In this document: positions 18,194 to 28,540 of the stretch, piece after piece | Layout of the letters: each line of letters begins with the position of its first letter | Numbering within the stretch: position 1 is the first letter of the stretch | IMG/VR virus record: IMGVR_UViG_3300035169_000087 | Span: 35,072 to 99,071 of that record | Strand: one strand, 5' to 3' | Origin: a virus | DNA: 64,000 nt | Made by a program: the position numbers and the translations under genes | Notes under the pieces: model-generated | Told to the model about the DNA's origin: nothing | Seen by the model: only the letters and a program-made list of their open reading frames with translations | Databases searched by the model: none

Positions 18194-19799
18194 GGCGCAA
18201 GAGCCAGTCGGCGAGTCGCGGCAGGCGCAGGGCGTCGGCAATCGCCCAGAACAGGGCCGACGCGGCGTCGCGGTATCGCTGGGCGTCCTCGGCCAGGGTC
18301 CCGGGTGGTGGCCTGTCAGGCATCGTTGTCGCCTTCGTCGAGATGTTGCGGATCGTGTGCACGGTCCCGTCCGCGCCGACCATGGCAAGGTGCCGGGTGG
18401 CATTCGTTCGTCAACGACGACTTGCGGCAGAGGCTGCTCGGTCACCGTGTCCTCCTGGCGTACCAGCGCCTTACCCGCGCGATGCCGGGCTCGATCAGCA
18501 GTGCGGCGGCGAGCGAGTTGCACCAGGCTTCCCAGCCGGTGTGCCCGTGCCAGCGTGCGAGGTCCCCGACGGCCACGAGCGCGAGGATCAGGGTAGGGCG
18601 CGCCCACCAGGCGCGACGTAGACGGTCAAGCACCGTCGCCACGCTCCGGTTTGAGCGGCCCGAACCGGTCCGCGACCTCCTGCAGATCCAGCAGCCACAG
18701 GCCGTGCACGTCGTCGCTGACGTTCTCAAACACCGGGGTGAGCCGGTTCGGGCGCCAGCCGTGCATCTGCCACCGGTCGCCGTCCGACCCGACGAGGATC
18801 TTGCCCAGCGGGTAGGTCACACCGAAGCGGCCGGTCCACTGGGTCGGCACAGACTGGGTTTTGAGTTCGGCGACGAGCTGGTCGGCTTCGTTGAGTAGCC
18901 GGATGATGTCGTTCACGACGAGGGCGAAGGATTCGCTGTGCTTGGCGACGGCGTGCCGGGTTCGGCCTAGGCGTTCGCTCAGGTCGTTGAGGACTTCAGT
19001 CACGCGTAGCCCCGGATCTGCGGCGGCGCGTCCCCGCCACGGGAACGGCGCACGGCTTCCCGGACCCCGTCGAGGCCGCGCAGCGGGGCAGGTGCCGCGA
19101 AGTCCCCGATGCCGGTGTGGATCTCGTGCGTTGGCGGCTTGCGGCACACGCACTGTTCCGGGTTGGCGTAGGCGCGTGCGGCGATGTGCGGGTGGCGGTG
19201 GGATTGCTCGCTCCAGCCGCACAGGCAGTTGCCCGCGCCGGACCCTGGGTCGGCCTGGTAGGGGTGGACGCGCGGCATGTCGGGGTAGCCCATGCGCCCA
19301 GTATCGCTGCTCACGTCTGCTGGTCGGTGCCGGTTTGCGCCCTGGGCGTGAGCGCCCGCTCGCGCAGGTGCTCGGGCAGGGTCGCGGCGGCCCGGAGGAT
19401 CGCCTCAGAGACCTGGCTCGGGTCTCCCTGACCGTGCCAGCCGTGCTCGCCCTCGAGGTACCGGTGCGGCGGCCGCCACGCTTCGACACGGTCGGGGAGC
19501 ATCCGCAGCCAGCCGTATCGACCTTCGCCGGTGGTGTGCGCGCCGTGCGGGCCTGGCTCCTGGACGGCGGCGAGCCATACGCACAGCCCGGCCCAGTCGC
19601 GGCTGTTCGGGATGGGCGCCCAGGCGAGGACGATCACTTCGGTGAAGCCGCGCAGTTTCGGGTTCGGGTGGTCGACGAAGTGGACGCGCACGACTTGCGC
19701 GCCCCGCACGAGGATCAACTCCGGCGGCGGGTCGGCGAGCGCAGGCAACGGCGGCTCGTCCAGCCACTGGTCCGGATCGCCCGCTGCTGCCTCACTCAC
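18186..19799 (-). other. run of short coupled hypothetical CDS (including 19311-19799, about 19000-19293, about 18626-19003)
   Basis: Overlapping ORF chain; no motifs recognised. Confidence 0.5.
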
Positions 19800-19803
19800 G
19801 GGA

Positions 19804-20250
19804 TCAGTGCAGGACCCTCGGCCGCAGCACGAGCAGGTCGCCGGTACGCACCCCTAGTTCGGCGGTGAGGGCGAGATCGTCGAGTTCGACGCCGCTATCG
19901 GTGAACAGGCCGAGTTGCGCTTCGCAGCGAGTGGTGTCGGCGTCGGGCTGGTGTGCGTGGATGGCGGCGCGTAGTAGTTCGATGGTTTTCGTGCCGCCGG
20001 TGAGCGGTAGTTGCTTGTCGGTGCCGTTCCAGGTGACGGTCACGGTTCCGGGTTCCATCCGGCCAGTATCCCGCGCCGGGTCAGTCTCCGTCCGGGTGCG
20101 CGTCTTGCCGTCGAAAGCACGTAGCGCGCGGGTCAGCCGTTCCAGGTCGGTCGGGATCTCGAACGGTCTGGGTGGCGGCATCGGGTAGTCGATGTAGGCG
20201 GGGAGCACCATCACGGGCTCGCCGGCCTCGGCCTGAGTTGACTCGGTCAC
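19804..20250 (-). CDS. protein with a C-terminal ubiquitin-like (beta-grasp) domain; alternative start at 20058
   Basis: VTVTWNG...LPL...TIELLRAAI...LGLFTDSGVELDD...ELGVRTGDLLVLRPR resembles bacterial Ubl proteins (DUF2604/BilA-like). Confidence 0.6.
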   Translation of the reverse strand: MTESTQAEAGEPVMVLPAYIDYPMPPPRPFEIPTDLERLTRALRAFDGKTRTRTETDPARDTGRMEPGTVTVTWNGTDKQLPLTGGTKTIELLRAAIHAHQPDADTTRCEAQLGLFTDSGVELDDLALTAELGVRTGDLLVLRPRVLH

Positions 20251-22602
20251 TGGTCGTTCCATTCGGTGGTGTCACGTGCTGCGGCGTCTTTGAGCATGTC
20301 GGCGAGCAGGTCCGCCTGGTTCTCGTCGAGCAGCAGGTCGGCCACGGTCTCATCGTCGCGGTTGAGGGGAACGAGGATGCGGCCCTGGTTCCAGGTGACG
20401 GATTCACCCCACGCGTAGCGCGGAAGGCCCAGCGGGTCCACGACGATCGACGCCCCGGTCATGTCGTCCGGTGTCGGGGTGCGTATGTCGTGCACGGCCC
20501 GCGCCATGGCCTCGTGGCAGCGGGTGCAGTCGGCTGCCGGGCCGTCGTGAAGGGTGATCAGGTGCAGGGCTTCGGTGATGGTGTAGCGGGCGATCATCTC
20601 GTCGGGTGCGCCTGCGCGCCGCTCGGCGATGATGCGCCGGATGATGCGCTGCGGACCGGTCAGTGCGACGGGCACGGTCACCGCGCTTTCCTTCGTGCGT
20701 GCCAGCGGCTCAGGCGCAGTGCGAGACGCCCGCGCCAGGTCGTGGAGAGGTGGGCGTCGAGTTCCGCTTGCAGCCGGTCGACCCTCAGTCCTGTGCTAGC
20801 AGCGCGCAGTTCGGGGAGTGACGGGCCGAGCGCGAAGTTGGCTGCGAGGTTCGCCATTGCCTCGGCTGCGGTGGGCGTGACGGCGCGGTGTAGGGCGGCA
20901 AGGTCCGGCAGGTCGTCGGTCACGTCTCCTCCTGCGCTGATTGTGCCGCGCCCGGCCCGTTGTCGGCGGCCCGCCAGTCGATGCCCGCGTCGTACTCCCA
21001 GCCCGAGTCGCCCCACGACTTCGACGACCAGAACCAGCCCTCGTACTGGCCGGGTACGGTCGGCCAGTTGACGGTGTCGCCGTCGTCGAAGGGGCAGCGC
21101 TGACCGTATTTGAGGGCGTCGCAGGCCGGAGTGTGGGTGAGGGTGTAGCGCGGTTCGTCGCGCACGCTCGTGAATGCGGGGTCGGCGTTGGCGGCCCAGG
21201 TGGCGGGGTGATGGACGGGCACGAGTTCCACGGTGAGGCGGTGGGGTTCCTCTTCGCCGTCGGTCGGCGCGGTGGTTCGTAGCGAGTCGTATGCGTTGAG
21301 GATGCCTGCGAGTCCGCGCAGGCTCGTGCCGCCGGGCTTGTCGTGTAGGACGACCAGTTCGGGCGGCAGCGTCTCCCACGTCCACGGCCCGATCGTGCTG
21401 CCGTCAGTGGCCGGTGCGGCCCGCGTCTCGGGGGTCACGGCGCGATCCCCCGGTCCCACGTGTACAGCGGCTCGCCGTCCCCGTCCTCGCTCTCGTACTC
21501 GGTCACGAACGCGTCGTAGCCCTCGCCGGCCAGGATCCGTACCGTCTGGTCAATGACCCACGCCTTGTGGTGGTCGCCGTCGGTCTGGCCGTCGCCCGCG
21601 AGTAGTTCCAGGGCGAGTTGCACGCGCTCCGTGTCGGTCTCGGCCTGCTGGCGTTCGAACACGCCCCATACGCGCTTGCCGCCGCTGTGTGCGTCGTCGA
21701 GCAGCCAGCCGCGGTTGTCGTCGTCGCGGTGCGGCACGGGAAGCCAGTGGGCTTCCTCGTCGCTCGCGGGCCCCGTCTGGACGGCTCGCGCGATGGCGGA
21801 CTGCTTCGTGGCGAACCCGTAGGTGACCTCGGCGCAGGCGTCGGGGTGGTCCCAGTGGTACAGGTCGAACACGGTCCTCATGCTGGCACTCCGAGCTGGG
21901 CGTCGTGGTTGTCGGCGGGGTGCGTTCTGTGCTACCACCAGGAGTCGAGCACGTCCCCGTTGTATGTCGCCGCCTCGTAGTATCCGATCTCGCCGCAGTA
22001 CTCGGACAGGCACGCGAGCGCCCGGTGCACTTGGCACTGGTGCAGGGGCTCACCGGTGGCGCGCTCGGGGTCGGTGTGGGCGAGGACGAAGCGTTCCCGG
22101 TCCGTCCAGGCGAGGTGCCCGGTGATGGTTAGTTCGCGTTGGCGGGCTTTGACGGTGTCGATCGACGGGCAGCCGTCTGCGGTGTCGGTCACGGCGCGGT
22201 CCTCTCGCTCTCGGCGGTGTCGAGGGCGTCGTCGGTGCGCCACCGATGCGAACAGCGTCCGCACGTGCGGTGGAAGTGCCCGGTGTCGCGGTTCTCCGGC
22301 GCGATCGAGCCCCAGTCGCCGGAGCAGTATTCGATCGCGACGTCGGGGCTGCCGCACTTGCGGCACGGCAGGTCGGGCACCTGGGGCGGCGGGTTGCCGG
22401 TCCACGGGTCCTCGTTGAGCGCGGCGGTGAGTTGTGTGCTGGCGTCGGTGAATGCGGCTTGGGCGAACTTCACGCGCTGTGCGTCGTCGGGCCCGTAGGT
22501 GGTGGGTGCGTAGGTGGCCCAGTGTTCGGCGAGTGCGCGGGCGCGGGTGAGGTGGGCTTCGGCGGTTAGGGCGCGGCGGCGCCAGTCCTCGGTGTCGGTC
22601 AT
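20247..22602 (-). other. run of short coupled hypothetical CDS (about six genes)
   Basis: Overlapping ORFs ending at 20247, 20678, 20920, 21435 and 22189. Confidence 0.5.
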
Positions 22603-22694
22603 GGCCGTGTTCCTGTCTGGGTGCATCGGGCTGGCAAGTGACTCAGCGCTCTGGCGCTTGTACGGTACGAGGCGGGCGAGCGGAGGACGGTCGC

Positions 22695-23351
22695 GTGGTC
22701 GTGGTCGAGCGGTGGACCGGCGGGCGGGCGTGCCTGCTGCAGGCCGCACTGCGCCACACCAACGCCGGGTTCGCGCAGGATCTGGGTGTCGGGGTGCGCA
22801 CTGTGGCCGGGTGGCATGAGATGCCGAGTCTGGTGCCGCGCACGGAGGTGCAGCAGCTCCTCGATATCGCGTTGGAGCGGGCGTCCGGGGCGGCGCAGGA
22901 GCGTTTCGCGCGGCTGCAGGCTGAGGCTGCCCCGGCTGGTGGCGCGCAGGCCCTGACGGTGGCTGTCGCGGTCGTACAGCGCGCGGACAGCGTGCTGCTG
23001 GTGTGTCGGCGCGACGAGTCCGCGTCGGGGCTGCGCTGGCAATTCCCCGCGGGGGTCGTCAAGCCTGGCGCGGATCCGGGTGCGGTGGCCGTGTCCGAGA
23101 CGCTGGGTGAGACCGGCGTGCATGCTGCGGTACGGGCCCACCTCGGCCGGCGCGTGCACCCGCTGACCGGCGTGGTCTGCGAGTACGTGCTGTGCGACTA
23201 CCTGACCGGGCAGGCCCGTAACGCCGACACGCTGGAGAACCTGGATGCGACGTGGGTACCGATCGCTAGCCTGGCCAGGTTCGTTCCCCTGGACGCCGTG
23301 TACCCGCCGATCCTGACCGCACTGGAGAGCGACCGTGACGCAGCCGACTGA
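22695..23351 (+). CDS. XRE-like HTH fused to a Nudix domain with a degenerate Nudix box
   Basis: FAQDLGVGVRTVAGW (HTH); WQFPAGVVKPGADPGAVAVSETLGETGV; GGAGG RBS. Confidence 0.8.
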   Translation: MVVVERWTGGRACLLQAALRHTNAGFAQDLGVGVRTVAGWHEMPSLVPRTEVQQLLDIALERASGAAQERFARLQAEAAPAGGAQALTVAVAVVQRADSVLLVCRRDESASGLRWQFPAGVVKPGADPGAVAVSETLGETGVHAAVRAHLGRRVHPLTGVVCEYVLCDYLTGQARNADTLENLDATWVPIASLARFVPLDAVYPPILTALESDRDAAD

Positions 23352-23751
23352 GGCCGACGCCAAGCCGCCGATCGCCGCTGCGGTGGTTGTGCAGGACGGG
23401 ACGGTGCTGCTGGTGCGCCGCCGGGTCGCGGAGGGCACGCTGCTGTGGCAGCTGCCTGCGGGGGCGGTGGAGGACGGTGAGAGCCCGGAAGACGCTGCGG
23501 TGCGGGAAACCCTCGAGGAGACCGGCCTGAGCGTCGAGGCGGTGCGGATGCTCGGCCAGCGCACGCACCCGGCCACCGGCCGCGAAATGTCGTACTGGGC
23601 GTGCGAGGTCGTCGCGGGGCTGGCTACGGTCGCTGACCGCGACGAGTTGGACGCGGTCGCGTGGGTCGCGCTGGACGGGCTCGAGGCGCACGTCCCGGGC
23701 GGGTTCTTCGAGCCCGTACAGGAGTACCTGATCGCGGCACTGAAGCACTGA
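23335..23751 (+). CDS. Nudix hydrolase (MutT-like; compare pSAM2 Pif)
   Basis: Intact box GAVEDGESPEDAAVRETLEETGL. Confidence 0.9.
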   Translation: MTQPTEADAKPPIAAAVVVQDGTVLLVRRRVAEGTLLWQLPAGAVEDGESPEDAAVRETLEETGLSVEAVRMLGQRTHPATGREMSYWACEVVAGLATVADRDELDAVAWVALDGLEAHVPGGFFEPVQEYLIAALKH

Positions 23752-23779
23752 GCCGCGCCGTGCTCGCCGCCTGACCCGA

Positions 23780-24585
23780 TCACAGGGCGCTGCGTCCCTC
23801 GGCCTCGCCCGAGCAGCCCAGGCAGGGCGTCTGGTCGTAGCCGGTGGCGCGGCAGTTGTGGCAGCCCTTGCCGGGCACGTCGGGTGCGGGCGAGCACACG
23901 ACGCACACGTGCGAGCGTCCGCACGGGAACTCCACTACGCGCGGGTCCTTCGCGTAGGGCCATACGCCACTGGCCTTCTCGGCGGCGCGCTTCTCGTGCA
24001 GCCGCTCCAGGTAGTCGATGACGCGTCCGACGCGGCGGTGTTCCGCGCGGGCGTCCTTGAGCATGGCGGCGATGGCGTCGGGCGACGCGTGGATCTCGAA
24101 ACGCTCCCGGCCGCGACTCTGTACGTCCCAGTGTGCGGGCATCACGCACCGTCCTCGTGCGGGTAGGTGCCGGGTGTCGGCGGCATGAGTTTCGGGGTGG
24201 ACAGGCCGTGGAACACGGCGTCCAAGCTGTCCTTCGGCTCCCGGTATTCCTCGGTGACGCTCCAGCCGTGCTGGTCGAGCCAGGTGACCCACTCGTACAG
24301 CTGCGCGACCGCGCCGGGTCCGTGGCCGAGGACGGCCATGCAGTCGTGTTTGTGGTAGGCGTCTTCGGGGGTCCACGGCCAGGGGTCGGGTTGCGGGTCG
24401 AGGTCGTAGATGTGGCTGTAGTCGAGGTAGTTGCTGCCGAGGGTGATGCCGACGCAGTCGCGCCCGATGCCGCAGGTTCCGGCGAATTGGGCGGTCGCGC
24501 CGTGGCGTGCGGCCCAGGCGGTGATGGCGAGGACGTGTTGGGGGTCGACTCCGGCGAGCGGGTCGGTGGTTTCTTCGGTGGTCAC
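23780..24585 (-). other. two coupled hypothetical CDS (24142-24585 and about 23780-24143, the latter Cys-rich)
   Basis: AGGAGG RBS before GTG 24585; overlap coupling. Confidence 0.55.
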
Positions 24586-24731
24586 GGGTTCCTCCTGGGG
24601 GTCGTTCGATGGTTGCACCGGGACGCAGCCAGGCGCGCACGGTTTGCGCGGCTGGTCACGGTCGCGTCACGGCTGGGGCAGTGCACTGACAGCGGCGCTA
24701 CGGTGCGTGGACCGGCATCGAGGGGTGGGGT

Positions 24732-25244
24732 ATGGCTGACAGCGGTCCGAAGCGGGGCGTGGGGTATTGGCTGCTCAAGCACGGCACGTTCACGGTGCTG
24801 GTGTCGATCGGGTTGTTGTTCCTGGCGGCGTTCGGGCTGATCAAGGCGACGGGGTTCCGGCAGTATCACGCGCCGGCGGATAGCGGGGCCGGGGTGGTGG
24901 TGTCGAGTGGTCCGGCCGCGGTGGGCAGCACGCAGGCCGCTGCCCCGCCAGCCAGTGCCGCAGCGTCCCCGGCGCAGATGCTCGCGGACCTGGACGGTGA
25001 CACGCAGCCTGTCGCGGACTATCAGGCCGCACTGGACGCGCTGGGTCCGAAGTGCACGCAGGATGAGGCGCACGTCGCCGCCCTGGGTAACGCCGGGTAC
25101 GAGGACCTGATCAAGAACGGGGTGAACGACGAGACGCGGCTGTCGGTGCTCAAGCACCTGTCGGATTCGATCCCGGCGAGTCTCGGGCGCACGGACTGCG
25201 TGGGCATCCTCTCGGGCTACCTCGTGCTGCGCGAACAAGGCTGA
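24732..25244 (+). CDS. membrane-anchored/exported hypothetical protein
   Basis: N-terminal hydrophobic helix, Ala/Pro linker, two Cys; own TACGGT -10; hairpin at 25301-25347. Confidence 0.65.
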   Translation: MADSGPKRGVGYWLLKHGTFTVLVSIGLLFLAAFGLIKATGFRQYHAPADSGAGVVVSSGPAAVGSTQAAAPPASAAASPAQMLADLDGDTQPVADYQAALDALGPKCTQDEAHVAALGNAGYEDLIKNGVNDETRLSVLKHLSDSIPASLGRTDCVGILSGYLVLREQG

Positions 25245-25354
25245 GACGGCTCGCCGAACACAGGCGCCGGTTACAGGCCCGCGCACTCCCGGACCCACGC
25301 GATGGCCCGGCGTTCCCAGCCCATCAGCGCAGGGAACACCGGGCCATAGAAGCG

Positions 25355-25675
25355 CTAGAGCGCCAGCGCCGAACGCAGTCCGGCCGCTACGCGCAGCATC
25401 GTGCCCGGCGTGAGCGCACCGCCGTCGCGTTTGACCTCGTCCGCGTACATGACGGCGATGTTGTCGCACAGGACCCGGCCGACCAGCGGGTCCTGCGGCG
25501 CGAGTTCGATGATGCTGTCGAGACGCGGCTTGGTCGTGGTCGTGATCCGTACCACTAGCGCGCTGCCCAGCCGGGCATTGCGCCCGTTGTTGCTCACAAC
25601 CAGGTACGGCTTGTCGCCGCGCCCCAGGTCGGCGTAGTAGATCCTGCCTCGGGTCAGTCCGGGGACTGCTGGCAA
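25355..25675 (-). CDS. PemK/MazF-family endoribonuclease toxin
   Basis: RGRIYYADLG...KPYLVVSNNGRN...VVRITT...VLCDNI...GALTPGTMLRVAAGLRSAL. Confidence 0.82.
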   Translation of the reverse strand: MPAVPGLTRGRIYYADLGRGDKPYLVVSNNGRNARLGSALVVRITTTTKPRLDSIIELAPQDPLVGRVLCDNIAVMYADEVKRDGGALTPGTMLRVAAGLRSALAL

Positions 25676-25678
25676 GGC

Positions 25679-25975
25679 TCAGTCCTCCGTGTCGCGCACG
25701 CGCTTGCGCATGGCGGCTTCGTAGGCGCGGTCCTCGTCGTCCTGCATGGCTGCCAGTGCCGCGTAGCCGTGGTCCTGTACGCGTTCCTTGACGGCGGTCA
25801 GGCCGAGGTGCAGGAGTGCCTGGAGGGTGGCTGCTTCGGAGCGGGTGGCGTCGGGGCCGGCGAGTTCGGTCAGGGCGTCGTGGACGGGCGTGCCGTCGGT
25901 GCGGGCTTGGGTGAGCGCGGCTTGTTCGTCGGGGGTGAGGGGGACGCTCTTGCGGATCGTTTCGGCGGCGGTCAT
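25679..25975 (-). CDS. putative antitoxin
   Basis: 98-aa ORF ending 3 nt upstream of the toxin; tandem TGCTGCAATTC repeats (25987-26009) in its promoter. Confidence 0.6.
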   Translation of the reverse strand: MTAAETIRKSVPLTPDEQAALTQARTDGTPVHDALTELAGPDATRSEAATLQALLHLGLTAVKERVQDHGYAALAAMQDDEDRAYEAAMRKRVRDTED

Positions 25976-26026
25976 GCATCAGATGATGCTGCAATTCGTG
26001 CTGCAATTCAACCGGGTTGGTGGCGG

Positions 26027-26868
26027 TCATTCGGCGAGCCGTTCCAGTGCGCGCTCGTTGCGGTTCATGGTGTCGCGCAGTCGGGCGGCGAACTCGGGGT
26101 CCTCACGCCGCTGCGCGATCCGCTCGTCAAGGTCGGGCTCCTCGCAGTCGCCGGGTTCGATGACGATCGACGCCCCGGTGAGGTCGGGTGTGCCGTCCGG
26201 GTGTAGCGGCGAGGTGGGTTCGGGTGGTGGTGCGAGGCGTTGGGCGCGGCGTGCTTTCATGCGGGCGAGCCGTTGCGCGTCGGTGGGCTTGGTCCACTGG
26301 TGCCAGCTGGCCGAGGCGCGGTATCGCAGGTAGTGGCCGTACTGCGGGATGCCGCACCATCGGCAGCCGTCAGGTGTGGGTGTCTCGCCGGTCTTGGTCC
26401 AGTGTGTGGGCGAGTACCGCAGGCCCGTGGCCTGGTCGATCGTAACGAGGGTCACGGCTCAGTCCTCCTGGTGGCCGGTCCGGCCGCCCGTGCCCGCGAG
26501 TGGGGGCGTGGGATCGGCAGCGGGCAGCCTGCGGCGTGCCACGCCAGCACGTCGGCCGCGGTCATGCCGTTCACGATGACGTCCGGGGCGGCTTTCTTGG
26601 CGAGTTCCAGCGCCTCCTCCAGCGGGAAGCGGTGCTCGGCGAGCCATTCGTCCTCGCGCTCGGAGGGGATGTGCTCGTAGTCCCATTCGCCGTTGCGGCT
26701 GAGGCAGTTGGACCAGCGTTTGATGGCCCACAGTCCGCGGCCGCGGTATTCGACGGTCAGTTCCCAGCTGTTGGCGTCGGGGGTCTCGTCGGGTAGGCAG
26801 GTGACGGTGTAGGCGGTCGGGTAGGCGGCGGGGTGTTCGGGGCTTGCTGATGGCCGCAGGTGTGTCAC
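26027..26868 (-). other. two coupled hypothetical CDS (26452-26868 and 26027-26455)
   Basis: AGGAGG RBSs and GTGA overlap. Confidence 0.55.
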
Positions 26869-26911
26869 TGGTTCCTCCTGAGAGTCGATCGATGGTCGCA
26901 CCGGCGGCGGG

Positions 26912-27080
26912 CGTATGCGCAGCGTTTCCGCAGGTCAGCGAGCCGTGTACCCCTGCCGCCGTATTTCCGCAGGTCAGAGGCGGTGTGTACCCCTGTGTAG
27001 GCTTTTCCGAAACTCCCACGTATGCGCATGGGTGGAGAAAACCGGAAACCCCTACACAGGGGTACACTCCCGCAGGTCAC
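26912..27080. repeat. putative replication origin (iterons plus a 17-bp inverted repeat)
   Basis: TTTCCGCAGGTCAG at 26925 and 26964, CCGCAGGTCA at 27070; perfect IR GTGTACCCCTGTGTAGG (26985-27001) / CCTACACAGGGGTACAC (27051-27067); directly downstream of the helicase. Confidence 0.65.
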
Positions 27081-28540
27081 AGCGTTTCCCCCGTGTCCCC
27101 GCCAGCCAGCATCAGACCGGGATAGACGTAGCCGGCACTCGTGCGCTTCTTGGTGAACTCGCGCGCCGCCATCGACTCAGCGAAAGCGTTCTCAGTGCCC
27201 GGCTCCTCGCCGTTGTGCAGGCACCACGACTTCCACGCCTCGAACAGCACCCGCGAGCGCCCGGCCGCAGTCGGATTCTTCACCGTCCGCTCCTCCAGGA
27301 ACCGGCCCAGCGCGTCACTCGCCGCCTGGTACGCAGCAGTACGCGCCCTCACTGCTTCCGGCGGGTTCAGCCCTTCCTTGCAATAGGCCAGCCAGCCCTG
27401 ATGCGCCCACGCGATCACCTCGGACGCGGCCAGTTTCAGCCGCTCCGGCAGGCTCCCGTCGCGCTCCTCCTCGGGGATCACCACGTCGAACGGCACGACG
27501 AGGATGCGCCGCCACACCGCCGGGTCGTCACCGGACACCCTGGGCAGGTGGTTAGTCATCATGATCAGTGCGTGGGACGGGTCGAACGTGATCGGGTTGC
27601 GGTGCATCAGGTTCGCCTCGATCGGGTCGCCGCCCGTCAGCCGCTTCATCGTCGACTCGGAGAACCGGCGCTCCTTCTCCGTCTCCGAGCAGAACACCAG
27701 CCGCGCACCGCGCAGCCGCATCTTGAACGCGCCGTGCCGTTCGTGCTTGGACTCCATCAGCAGCGCGGGATCGACCTCGATCGCGTAGTCCCCGAACGCG
27801 GCGAGCAGCGCGTCGCGCAGCGTGCCCTTCCCGTTCGCTCCGGTCCCGGTGAAGATCGGCATGATGTGCTCGGTGACCTTCCCGGACATGCAGTAGCCAA
27901 CCAGCCGTTGCACGAACGCGCGGATCTGCTCGTCGGGCAGGATGCGCTCCAGGAATGTGTGCCACTCGTGGCATCGGTCGCCGTTAAGCGCGCCGCCCGC
28001 GACCTTGGTGATCAGGTCCGTGCGGCCGTGCTTGCGGGTCTCCCCCGTGTGCAGGTCGAGCGTGCCGGCTGCGGTGTTGAACACGTACGGGTCGGCGTCC
28101 AGCCACTTCGGCGAGGTGGAGATCGGATGGAGGGCGGCTGCGATGCGGGCGATGCCCTCCATCGCCGATGCGCTCTCCATGCGCCGCAGCTCCTTGAACA
28201 GCGCGTTGCGCTGCTCCTTGTCCGCGACCGCCACGGCGTCTTGCAGTGCGCGCTGGATGGTGGCCTTGACGCTGCGGACCTCGACGCGCATGTCGTCTCT
28301 TAGCCAGCGGCATCCGTCCCAGGTGTGCCAGCCGAGGTCGTGCACGTGTCGTAGCGCGAGGGCGTGTTCGCTGGCGAAGCGTTCGGCCATGCGCAATTGC
28401 CCGCGGTGCTCGACGGGTTTCGTGGGTGGCTGGCCGGGATCTTCGGGCATCTCGGGTGCAGCGCCGTACTGCGCTTCGGCGGTTTCCCGCTCGAAAGCGC
28501 GCCATGCGGCGAACGCCTTGTTGTCGGCCAGTTCCGTCAC
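27077..28540 (-). CDS. P4/D5-family primase-helicase (D5_N + SF3 helicase)
   Basis: WHTWDGCRW, LDADP...NTAAGTLDL, Walker A GTGANGKGT, MKRLTGGD, TNHLP...AVWRR. Confidence 0.92.
   Translation of the reverse strand: MTELADNKAFAAWRAFERETAEAQYGAAPEMPEDPGQPPTKPVEHRGQLRMAERFASEHALALRHVHDLGWHTWDGCRWLRDDMRVEVRSVKATIQRALQDAVAVADKEQRNALFKELRRMESASAMEGIARIAAALHPISTSPKWLDADPYVFNTAAGTLDLHTGETRKHGRTDLITKVAGGALNGDRCHEWHTFLERILPDEQIRAFVQRLVGYCMSGKVTEHIMPIFTGTGANGKGTLRDALLAAFGDYAIEVDPALLMESKHERHGAFKMRLRGARLVFCSETEKERRFSESTMKRLTGGDPIEANLMHRNPITFDPSHALIMMTNHLPRVSGDDPAVWRRILVVPFDVVIPEEERDGSLPERLKLAASEVIAWAHQGWLAYCKEGLNPPEAVRARTAAYQAASDALGRFLEERTVKNPTAAGRSRVLFEAWKSWCLHNGEEPGTENAFAESMAAREFTKKRTSAGYVYPGLMLAGGDTGETL

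Noticed and set aside
22599-26030. Long Arg/Pro-rich ORFs (e.g. 22599-24149, 24582-26030) and similar antisense ORFs such as 52875-54698 and 56239-58143
   Set aside because: These are shadow frames of high-GC coding DNA that overlap better-supported genes.
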